A stretch of DNA of 64,000 nucleotides from an uncultured virus (IMG/VR IMGVR_UViG_3300042314_001037) (taxonomy: Duplodnaviria; Heunggongvirae; Uroviricota; Caudoviricetes). The position numbers were made by a program, and so were the translations under genes. Shown here piece by piece: positions 48,352-55,896 of this stretch. Location: the IMG/VR virus record IMGVR_UViG_3300042314_001037; one strand, 5' to 3'. Under the pieces are notes generated by a model that had not been told where the DNA came from, made no database searches, and saw only the letters and a list, made by a program, of their open reading frames with translations. Positions within the stretch are counted from its first letter, which is position 1; every line of letters begins with the position of its first letter.

Positions 48352-48536
48352 TTAATACGTGCCCAAAGTCTATCATACAAATAGTATGATGTCATCCAGA
48401 CACAATTTATAATGATTGTAGGAACAAGGGCCTGTGTTAAACTTTGTCCTGTTACCAACAACATCACATAGGTTGAGCATAAGACCCAAATCCTATAGAT
48501 GATGGTCTTGACCAAGGTCCTTGTCCTAGTTTCCAT
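48336..48536 (-). CDS. DUF2061-like small membrane protein
   Basis: RTLVKTIIYR...YYLYDRLWARIKWG. Confidence 0.65.
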   Translation of the reverse strand: METRTRTLVKTIIYRIWVLCSTYVMLLVTGQSLTQALVPTIIINCVWMTSYYLYDRLWARIKWGRK

Positions 48537-49075
48537 TAAAGTGTTTCGCCGCCAACTGTACGGTTACAAGCGCAAAGCTCACCGGTTTGTAGCGCATCCA
48601 ACACACGCAGAGTTTCTTCTGGGCTACGACCAACGTTCAAGTTGTTGACAGTAACGTGTTGAATAACGTTGTCTGGATCAACAATGAATGTTGCGCGAAG
48701 TGCGGCACCAGCAGGTGCATAGAATACGCCCAACTGTTCAATCAAGCTCAACTCACCACGTTGTGTGTCGGCAAACTGATTGTGTGTGATCTTCTTCAAA
48801 TCAGCGTGAGCTGTTTGCCAGCTAACTTTACAGAACTCGTTGTCTGTCGAACCTGTGAGCAATACAGCATCACGATCAGCAAAGTCGCCTGTCAATTTGT
48901 CGTAGGCTACGATTTCTGTTGGGCATACAAATGTAAAGTCTTTTGGATAGTAAACGATTACTTTCCACTTGCCTTCAAATGACTTCTCTGTAATGTCAAA
49001 GAAAGCGTCTTCTGGTTGTCCTGGCTTGACGCCGGTGACTGTGAATTTTTCTAATTTGTGTCCGACTGTTTTCAT
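48536..49075 (-). CDS. ahpC: peroxiredoxin AhpC
   Basis: YPKDFTFVCPTEI, RATFIVDP, GELCAC. Confidence 0.93.
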   Translation of the reverse strand: MKTVGHKLEKFTVTGVKPGQPEDAFFDITEKSFEGKWKVIVYYPKDFTFVCPTEIVAYDKLTGDFADRDAVLLTGSTDNEFCKVSWQTAHADLKKITHNQFADTQRGELSLIEQLGVFYAPAGAALRATFIVDPDNVIQHVTVNNLNVGRSPEETLRVLDALQTGELCACNRTVGGETL

Positions 49076-49250
49076 ATCTTCTCCTTGTGTGTGATAAAAA
49101 CTCAGTGTTTGTACTGATATTATATTGTACGTTTATTTAACCTATAGGTCAAGCAATTTTAATAGTTTTTTCAATAATTATTTTAATGACGCTAATAGAA
49201 AAAATTAATAAAGAAAAGGCTCCGAAGAGCCTGTCTTGGCGTGTAATTAA

Positions 49251-50147
49251 TTATACAACAGGAGTATATTCAATGCCGGTTGTGGCTAAACCGACCAACC
49301 CAATAGTTGTTTCAAAAGCTGCTAACTCACTTGCGGCAACCAAAACATCAGCTTGTGACAGGTTATTGTTAGTCATCCATACTGTGTAGTCTGTAACCTG
49401 TGTCAATGCAGCATCAGTGCCAAATACGTTTTTGTAAACGTGCTTGATGAAAGTTTCATTGCCAACCCCACCTGCGTCTGTTTTGTAAACGTCTGTGTTT
49501 AATAGGGCTTCTGCCAATTGTTTGTTGGTCCAACCTTTGTCGGCTAGATCAATGCCAATGCCTTTGTATGCGTTAGTAACATCAGCAGTACCAAGTGCGG
49601 CTGCTAGTAATGAGTATACATCACCTGCACGACCTGCGGCATCATAGGCAATAGCTTTGTCTGTGAATACAACACGCTCGTGATCAGCAAGATTAAATTC
49701 CATGTTAGATATCAAGGTACTTGCCAAGGTTACTTTACTAGCAGTTTTAGTTGTTGTGAACTCTGTGCTTGCGCCTCCCATTGTGTAAGTGTCAATACCT
49801 GTAGTACCGGTAACATCAACTGTAATATCAACTGTGCCGTCGCCAGCACGACCTGTACCTACTACACCGAACGTAGCAATTTTACCAGCAGTGCCAACTG
49901 TAGCAACAGTAACGATCAAGTTGTTAGCTGCCGCTCCGCCTAGTGCCGTACCAGCAAGAGTGATTGTGTCACCAGCAAGGTATCCCGATCCTGCACTGGC
50001 TACTAGACTGTCTAGAACAACAGAGTATACTCCGTCTGTTTTAGTAACATCAAAAGCAGCACCTGTTCCGGTTCCGCCTGTTAGGCCTGTAACATTTTGA
50101 TAGGTTGCGTTAATCGGTTTGTCTTTGATTGTAATTGTTGTTGTCAT
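49251..50147 (-). CDS. Thr/Gly-rich protein with DUF4214/S-layer-like C-terminus
   Basis: ERVVFTDKAIAYD...NETFIKHVYKNVFG...QADVLVAASE. Confidence 0.55.
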   Translation of the reverse strand: MTTTITIKDKPINATYQNVTGLTGGTGTGAAFDVTKTDGVYSVVLDSLVASAGSGYLAGDTITLAGTALGGAAANNLIVTVATVGTAGKIATFGVVGTGRAGDGTVDITVDVTGTTGIDTYTMGGASTEFTTTKTASKVTLASTLISNMEFNLADHERVVFTDKAIAYDAAGRAGDVYSLLAAALGTADVTNAYKGIGIDLADKGWTNKQLAEALLNTDVYKTDAGGVGNETFIKHVYKNVFGTDAALTQVTDYTVWMTNNNLSQADVLVAASELAAFETTIGLVGLATTGIEYTPVV

Positions 50148-50253
50148 AATTTTTCCTTTTTAAATAATATGATCCTACCATTATACGTGAACTTTCAAAC
50201 AAAACATGTGCGTACACGCACAACTTCGAGACGATAATTTGGAAATATTGCCA

Positions 50254-50278
50254 AAAAGAAACCCGCCGAAGCGGGTTC
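50254..50278 (-). terminator. intrinsic terminator after tmRNA
   Basis: GAACCCGC-TTCG-GCGGGTTTCTTTTT. Confidence 0.8.
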
Positions 50279-50279
50279 T

Positions 50280-50640
50280 GCTATTTTGGATGACAAGGTA
50301 TAACTACCTCGGACCGCTGTTTTTTAGGCAGCTAGAGCAACTTTGCTTTTGCCGGAAACAGTGTTTCCAGTGAAGCTCATTGCGCTGAAGTCGAATGTAT
50401 CTGCGTTTGCATTTACGTTTTTTGTATTTTACGTGACCCCACGTGTTGATCTTTATCCTATCTCACCCTGTCGAAACCATGGCAGGCCCATCATAAAAGG
50501 ACTAGAGCAAATACTACGATAACAACAATAAAGCCAACTAGAGCACTATATTCGTTATCCATACTAATCTCCTTTATGGTGGACCTGGCGGGAGTCGAAC
50601 CCGCGTCCAGAATGCCTTACTTTAAGACTTCTACAACAAT
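50280..50640 (-). ncRNA. ssrA: two-piece (circularly permuted) tmRNA
   Basis: The acceptor piece (GACGCGGGTTCGACTCCCGCCAGGTCCACCA, ends 50577) precedes the coding piece (starts GGGCCTG at 50489); G3:U70; tag ANADTFDFSAMSFTGNTVSGKSKVALAA* at 50410-50324. Confidence 0.9.
50491..50562 (-). CDS. 23-aa hydrophobic peptide inside the tmRNA intervening segment
   Basis: AAGGAG SD, then MDNEYSALVGFIVVIVVFALVLL*. Confidence 0.5.
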   Translation of the reverse strand: MDNEYSALVGFIVVIVVFALVLL

Positions 50641-50643
50641 TTT

Positions 50644-50847
50644 TTAGGCAGCTTGAATATTACTAGCCTGCTCGCCTTTTTGACCCTGAGTCACTTCAAA
50701 CCTTACACTTTGTCCTTCTTGTAGGCTCTTGAAGCCACTCGAATTAATCTGTGAAAAGTGAGCAAATAAGTCTGCGCCACCATCGTCCGGAGTAATGAAT
50801 CCAAAACCTTTGGCGTCGTTAAACCATTTTACTTTTCCTGTTACCAT
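50644..50847 (-). CDS. cspA: cold shock protein
   Basis: [29 protein letters not shown]. Confidence 0.95.
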   Translation of the reverse strand: MVTGKVKWFNDAKGFGFITPDDGGADLFAHFSQINSSGFKSLQEGQSVRFEVTQGQKGEQASNIQAA

Positions 50848-50894
50848 TTTACTATTTTCCTTGTTTGTAAATTTATGCTGTCTGTGTGAGTTAT

Positions 50895-51143
50895 TTATGA
50901 ACTTTTATCCATAATCTTTAGATTAAGCAACATGTTTTCAACTGTTAGTTTAGTAATAGTTGCCAACATTATCAGTTTGTCATCATCAGTATACACTTCT
51001 TTGTCAAACATGTCAAGTATACTTGTGCCAATCATTCTAAATGCCTGTTCTTGCCCAACAGCAAGTTTACCCCAATCTGCGGGATCGCCAGCTTCTACTT
51101 CTGCGGCAATTTCTACCAATTGGTCTAGTGTTATTTTTTTCAT
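50895..51143 (-). CDS. hypothetical protein
   Basis: 82-aa ORF overlapping the upstream gene. Confidence 0.6.
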   Translation of the reverse strand: MKKITLDQLVEIAAEVEAGDPADWGKLAVGQEQAFRMIGTSILDMFDKEVYTDDDKLIMLATITKLTVENMLLNLKIMDKSS

Positions 51144-51787
51144 AGTGTTATTTGTCCAGTTCCAAATCCCATATGTCCTCTAGCAAAACAATTAAATGCT
51201 AGACTGTATCTAGTGTCTGTTGAATCACTTGCGGGAACTGTATGTTCTAGATGGGAAGGGAACAACAAGAGATCTCCAGTTCTCGGATAAATGGTATGTG
51301 TGCTTGAGTTATACTCGTTCACATGAGTTTTTTTAAACGTGGGCGTTGTTGTTGAGTGAAACAGGTTCACATGCGACCATGCCTGTTCAAACACAATTGG
51401 AGCAGTGGTGGCTGTTGTTTCTATATAGTAGACTCCACTGATCATAGAATTTTTATGATTATGTTTAATCACAAGTTCATCATTTAGATATCGATTGGCC
51501 CAGCTGGTTGATATATCAAATTTTATACCATCGTCGACGCCCAACGATTGATGCACAAAATAATCAATTGCGTCTGTTATCTGTTTACGCAAATTCTTGA
51601 GTTGAGGTTTGTCTAGAATGTACATGCCTTTTGATCCCTCATCGAGATCTTCGTCAGTGCCATCGTGGCCGGTTCGTTGATAAGGATACTCAAGATTTTT
51701 TAACCAAGTTTTGGTAATGATATTGAGATTGCCTAGATGTGTTTGAAACAAAGGTATTGCAAACAATGGCGTTATTCTATGTTGCAT
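51140..51787 (-). CDS. putative 2OG-Fe(II) oxygenase
   Basis: HNHKNSMISGVYY...LLLFPSHLEHTV...RYSLAFN. Confidence 0.8.
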   Translation of the reverse strand: MQHRITPLFAIPLFQTHLGNLNIITKTWLKNLEYPYQRTGHDGTDEDLDEGSKGMYILDKPQLKNLRKQITDAIDYFVHQSLGVDDGIKFDISTSWANRYLNDELVIKHNHKNSMISGVYYIETTATTAPIVFEQAWSHVNLFHSTTTPTFKKTHVNEYNSSTHTIYPRTGDLLLFPSHLEHTVPASDSTDTRYSLAFNCFARGHMGFGTGQITL

Positions 51788-52438
51788 TTAAACAGTTAGG
51801 GTATTGATTACACCACCGGCTGTGCCTCGGGGGAATAGGTTAAAGGCCAAACTGTATCGTATCTTTGACGATTGATTTTCCTCAACCGAATGAGTCATCA
51901 TGGATGGGAACATGATTAGGTCATTTTTGGCAGGATACAAACCCCAAGCATCGGCATTGAAGAAATTCAGCTTGGCATCGTTACCGTGGTCTTGATAATT
52001 GAAGTCCACTCTCACAGTTTCGGTCCATAGGTTATAGTTGCCCTTGTCTTTGTGACATACAAATGCACCAGTATCAACGCCTGTGTCTATGTAATAAACA
52101 CCACTGATAAGGCTGTTGCCATGATAGTGTTGTCCAGAGTAGTCGCCTGTGTAATGACGATTCACCCAACTGTTCTCCATGCGAAAATCCATGTTGCGTT
52201 TTACGTCTAAGACTGTGTAGATAAAATTATCTGCCGCTTTCATAATTTTAGCTTTCAACGGAGCAAGTTCTGGAGTATCTAAAATATACTTGTTCACTGT
52301 ATAGTCACCGTTGTCGGCGGCCATGCGTTCATATTCTTGATTTTCAATGAATTCGCGCATGCCTTTATCCAATGACCCAATGTTGGTCTGGTACAAAGGC
52401 ACGCCAAACAGTGGAGTGACCTTATAGGTAGGTGTCAT
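51788..52438 (-). CDS. putative 2OG-Fe(II) oxygenase (tandem paralogue)
   Basis: HYHGNSLISGVYY...LIMFPSMMTHSV...RYSLAFN. Confidence 0.8.
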   Translation of the reverse strand: MTPTYKVTPLFGVPLYQTNIGSLDKGMREFIENQEYERMAADNGDYTVNKYILDTPELAPLKAKIMKAADNFIYTVLDVKRNMDFRMENSWVNRHYTGDYSGQHYHGNSLISGVYYIDTGVDTGAFVCHKDKGNYNLWTETVRVDFNYQDHGNDAKLNFFNADAWGLYPAKNDLIMFPSMMTHSVEENQSSKIRYSLAFNLFPRGTAGGVINTLTV

Positions 52439-52875
52439 TTAATCCATCCAATTTTTTTACCTTGTGCTTTTCTGTTGTCATATTCTTCAACTGAGCTGGG
52501 GAATCTCCAAGCCCATATGGCCACCAGCATCATAAACACTGCTGTGTATATTATACCACGAACTGGGACTGCTGTCAACCACATGGTGATCAAACTGGTT
52601 GTCATCATGAACAACATGAAGTATTTCATCTTCTGTGGGAACACACGCTTTTCACCCCAGTTAGTAAGGAACGGTCCAAACAGTTTGTGATTGTAAATCC
52701 AGGCATGCATCTTGGGACTACCTTTGGCAAAGCAATAGGCCGCAAACACCACAAAGATTGAGTAGGGGATACCTGGTGTAACTAATCCAACATAGGCCAT
52801 TCCCAAACTAAGGAAACCTAATATTTTCCATAAGAATTTTTTCATGCTATTCCTTAACAGGTCTAAATATTCCAA
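52435..52875 (-). CDS. YbaN/DUF454 membrane protein
   Basis: GLVTPGIPYSIFVVFAAYCFAKGSPKMHAWIYNHKLFGPFL. Confidence 0.8.
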   Translation of the reverse strand: MEYLDLLRNSMKKFLWKILGFLSLGMAYVGLVTPGIPYSIFVVFAAYCFAKGSPKMHAWIYNHKLFGPFLTNWGEKRVFPQKMKYFMLFMMTTSLITMWLTAVPVRGIIYTAVFMMLVAIWAWRFPSSVEEYDNRKAQGKKIGWIK

Positions 52876-53809
52876 TTAAGGAATTGTCGCCGGGTGTTCG
52901 ATACCCGCTTGGCCAAGATCTTGTCACAGACCCGCTCGAGGGATTATTAACATTTTTTGCTTTAGTGCTTTGATTACCACCAACAAAAGAGTATGTTCCG
53001 CTACTGGCAGTATAGATAAAATTCACATGACCATAACTCCATAAAGCTATGTCTCCAGGCTGTCCTTGATTAAGTGGGATCTTAACGGCTTTATATGCAG
53101 CAGCTTTATCCCTAATATCAAAAGCCCAGGCAGTTTGCACAAATCTGTAGCCGCATCGTTTCAACACCCAATTTACATAACCCATACACCAAGCAGTTTG
53201 GTCAGTAAGCCAAGCACCAGTCTGTGGATATCCAAGTTCTTTCCATATACCAGTGATCCTAGAATTACTGGCGCGGCCGCCCATTCCTGTCTCTTCCCAA
53301 ATCCCCTTGCCGGCTTCGTCGAGATTCTGCGACAGCAATGAAGGAATGTCACTGGCTAGTACCACATCAGTGTCAATTAAACTCTCACCGTCTGCTCCTT
53401 GTGGAGTACCCGGAAAGTTTTGTTTAACCTGGTCGTTAGATGCAACATTGTAAGCACCGGGATTAGCCACATATGCACTTGTTTGTCTGTTAATGGCTGC
53501 TTGTGTTGCTGGAGCAATTACTACAGGAGGGACTACAAAGGATGCAAATGTTCCGGAGAACACATTTCCGCTGCCAGTAGCAGGATGGCCACAGGTTGCC
53601 GCATCACCTTCTCTACATATTAGAATGCCGTTAGCATATACTGTACTACTAGATCCAGCCATTGTAGGGCTACTATGCGAACCACGACCGTGACCTGCTA
53701 CTGCATCTCCTAGTCTTGCAATTGGTGAACCATTTACAAAAACATTAGAAGAACCTGCTGCGATTGTTCCGCCGGCAATATCGGCGCCTTGTCTCGATAC
53801 TCCTGGCAT
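52847..53809 (-). CDS. PAAR-domain protein fused to a CHAP/NlpC-like peptidoglycan amidase
   Basis: N-terminal PIARLGD/ICREGD...CGH PAAR repeats; C-terminal TAWCMGYVNWVL...GHVNF...GGNQS. Confidence 0.78.
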   Translation of the reverse strand: MPGVSRQGADIAGGTIAAGSSNVFVNGSPIARLGDAVAGHGRGSHSSPTMAGSSSTVYANGILICREGDAATCGHPATGSGNVFSGTFASFVVPPVVIAPATQAAINRQTSAYVANPGAYNVASNDQVKQNFPGTPQGADGESLIDTDVVLASDIPSLLSQNLDEAGKGIWEETGMGGRASNSRITGIWKELGYPQTGAWLTDQTAWCMGYVNWVLKRCGYRFVQTAWAFDIRDKAAAYKAVKIPLNQGQPGDIALWSYGHVNFIYTASSGTYSFVGGNQSTKAKNVNNPSSGSVTRSWPSGYRTPGDNSLIGIFRPVKE

Positions 53810-53810
53810 A

Positions 53811-54191
53811 TTAAAAATCCTTGGGAATATTCTGTTTGATCTTTGCTATATAGTTGCCAAGATCATTTAGTGCTTTGCTAACTTCTTTGTCCGACGGCTG
53901 TTTATCACGAAAACTCAGCAGTTTGCCTTCTTCAATTAGACTTCTATATGAGGTGATGAATTGCACTAATTCATAAGGCCCAATAATATGGATACCAGGG
54001 CCTTCGCCAAGCTCACGCAATTTTTGCTGATGACCTTCGATTTCCCCTAATGTACTAGCTAAGGTAGTTGTTTGGGCAGCAATTATGGCCAACGAATTCT
54101 TAATATCAGTTGAATTCGTTGCAATTGTTCCTAATGCTGTAGCAATATCGGCATAGTAACTACTGTAATCAATTGGGTCTCCTGCGGCCAT
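53811..54191 (-). CDS. hypothetical protein
   Basis: 126-aa ORF. Confidence 0.6.
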   Translation of the reverse strand: MAAGDPIDYSSYYADIATALGTIATNSTDIKNSLAIIAAQTTTLASTLGEIEGHQQKLRELGEGPGIHIIGPYELVQFITSYRSLIEEGKLLSFRDKQPSDKEVSKALNDLGNYIAKIKQNIPKDF

Positions 54192-54194
54192 AGA

Positions 54195-54512
54195 TTAACC
54201 TTTGATAATACTACCAGCACTTACTGGCTGAATGCCTGTGGTCTGGAATACATACTGCTTGCCAACTTCCGGATCTGTTTCTGCCATGGTGATGATTGCA
54301 CTTGAATTAAATGTCAACTTGGCATCCGGATGAACTGTCATCAGTACTGGAGACATTGCTGGTCCTTTCTGTGTCATGGCCAACATTAAAGGACGATCTA
54401 GAGTGATAGTTCCCATTGTGTCTTCCACAAATTTGCCCATGACTTCTTCTCCAGTAATCAATTTAACTGAGATGATATCACCTGCTGCAAATTTTTGTTT
54501 ATTAAATAACAT
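54195..54512 (-). CDS. Sm-like-fold phage protein, putative
   Basis: GDIISVKLITGEEVMGKFVE pattern. Confidence 0.5.
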   Translation of the reverse strand: MLFNKQKFAAGDIISVKLITGEEVMGKFVEDTMGTITLDRPLMLAMTQKGPAMSPVLMTVHPDAKLTFNSSAIITMAETDPEVGKQYVFQTTGIQPVSAGSIIKG

Positions 54513-54526
54513 TTATATTTTCCTAA

Positions 54527-54775
54527 TTAGTATCCGCTACCGTTGAAACCAGTTTCATCGATATATTTTCTTAATTCTGTAAAGCCACCAATTACATTAC
54601 CATTGATGATAATTTGTGGTACTGTTCTAGCAGTTGGTACAGCTTCTAACAATTCTTCTCGAGTGTAACCGTCACCAATTTTACGTTCTTCAAATTTAAC
54701 ACCTTGCTGTGTCAACAATGCTTTTGCTTGATCACAATAAGGGCAATGGTACTTGCTCCAAACTATTACTTCCAT
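54527..54775 (-). CDS. glutaredoxin
   Basis: CPYC, TVPQI, IGGF. Confidence 0.93.
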   Translation of the reverse strand: MEVIVWSKYHCPYCDQAKALLTQQGVKFEERKIGDGYTREELLEAVPTARTVPQIIINGNVIGGFTELRKYIDETGFNGSGY

Positions 54776-54795
54776 GATGTGTCCTTTTAACTGTA

Positions 54796-55896
54796 TTATA
54801 TAGCCGGCAATTCAGCATAGTCAATATTTTCTCCCATGACGCCGATAACATAGTTTGTGCTTTCTGTTTCTTGTAGAGCACTTTGTTTCTTGCTGGTATC
54901 TGTGTGCTTGTTGAACCACGGAATTGGAGTTGATTTTGGTGCGGCCTGAAGATACTTGATACCAATATCTTTTAATGCGCCCACTGCGGTATAATCTACA
55001 AAATCTTTTAGGATGTTGGCATTGAGTCCAATAACAGGACCTAACTTGAACAAATAGGTGGCCCATTCTTTTTCTTCACGAATAACATCCATGTAAAGTT
55101 GATACACTTCTGCATGGCATTCTTCTCGAGCTTCGACAAATCGAGCATCCTCTTTGACCACTTGATTGATCATATAAGCAGTCCACCCTTTGTGTAAGAG
55201 TTCATCTTGCAAGATCAATTGAATGATGTTGCCATTACCCATAAAGATTTTATTCTCTACCATGGCCAAGCTGGTGGCAAAGCTAACCATAAAGCGGAAC
55301 GCTTCTAGCGCATAGCTGGCATGTAGTGCCAACCAAACAGCCTTAACGTGTTCTTTCTCAGTAACCTCTTGTCCAAGTTCTTTACGGCAGTTAATAACGT
55401 GTAGCTTGTCATAGTAGTTGCCTACCGAACTGGCCATGTCTACAATTTCTCGAGTGTCATGGATGGTGTTGAACACATCCTTGGGTACATTGTAAATGTT
55501 ACGAATAATATGGCTGTAACTCTTACTGTGAATATTTGTTTCAAAGAATCCCCAGTTGTACATAAGTGCTTCTACTTCAGGGAGACTACACACCGGAGTA
55601 AATACCTGTGTTGGTCCACGACCTTGCAAACTATCCAGTGCTGTTTGACGAAGTAGGTTGCTAGTGAAGATATGTTTGACAGCATCGCTGGCATCTTTAA
55701 AATCGTTCGAATCTTTAGTCAAACTAATCTCTTCTGGTTGCCAAAAGAATCCTCGGGCAGTTGAATCAAAGTCTGCAATCTTTTTATATTTTACTTCTTC
55801 AAAGCGTTGAATGGTCACTGGCCCTGCTGGATCCAGAAACATCTTGCGATTGAGATAGTCTGTTTTTGTGGTTAGGTTATATTGTTGTTTGCTCAT
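54796..55896 (-). CDS. nrdB: ribonucleotide reductase class Ia beta subunit
   Basis: FFWQPEEISL, FETNIHSKSY, EAFRFMVSF, DELLH. Confidence 0.95.
   Translation of the reverse strand: MSKQQYNLTTKTDYLNRKMFLDPAGPVTIQRFEEVKYKKIADFDSTARGFFWQPEEISLTKDSNDFKDASDAVKHIFTSNLLRQTALDSLQGRGPTQVFTPVCSLPEVEALMYNWGFFETNIHSKSYSHIIRNIYNVPKDVFNTIHDTREIVDMASSVGNYYDKLHVINCRKELGQEVTEKEHVKAVWLALHASYALEAFRFMVSFATSLAMVENKIFMGNGNIIQLILQDELLHKGWTAYMINQVVKEDARFVEAREECHAEVYQLYMDVIREEKEWATYLFKLGPVIGLNANILKDFVDYTAVGALKDIGIKYLQAAPKSTPIPWFNKHTDTSKKQSALQETESTNYVIGVMGENIDYAELPAI

Noticed and set aside
39094..50847. Bacterial chromosome origin of the window (dnaK, rpsU, ahpCD, cspA, ssrA)
   Set aside because: The host-like genes lack their usual operon neighbours and are interspersed with phage-type ORFs, virion genes and phage promoter patterns.
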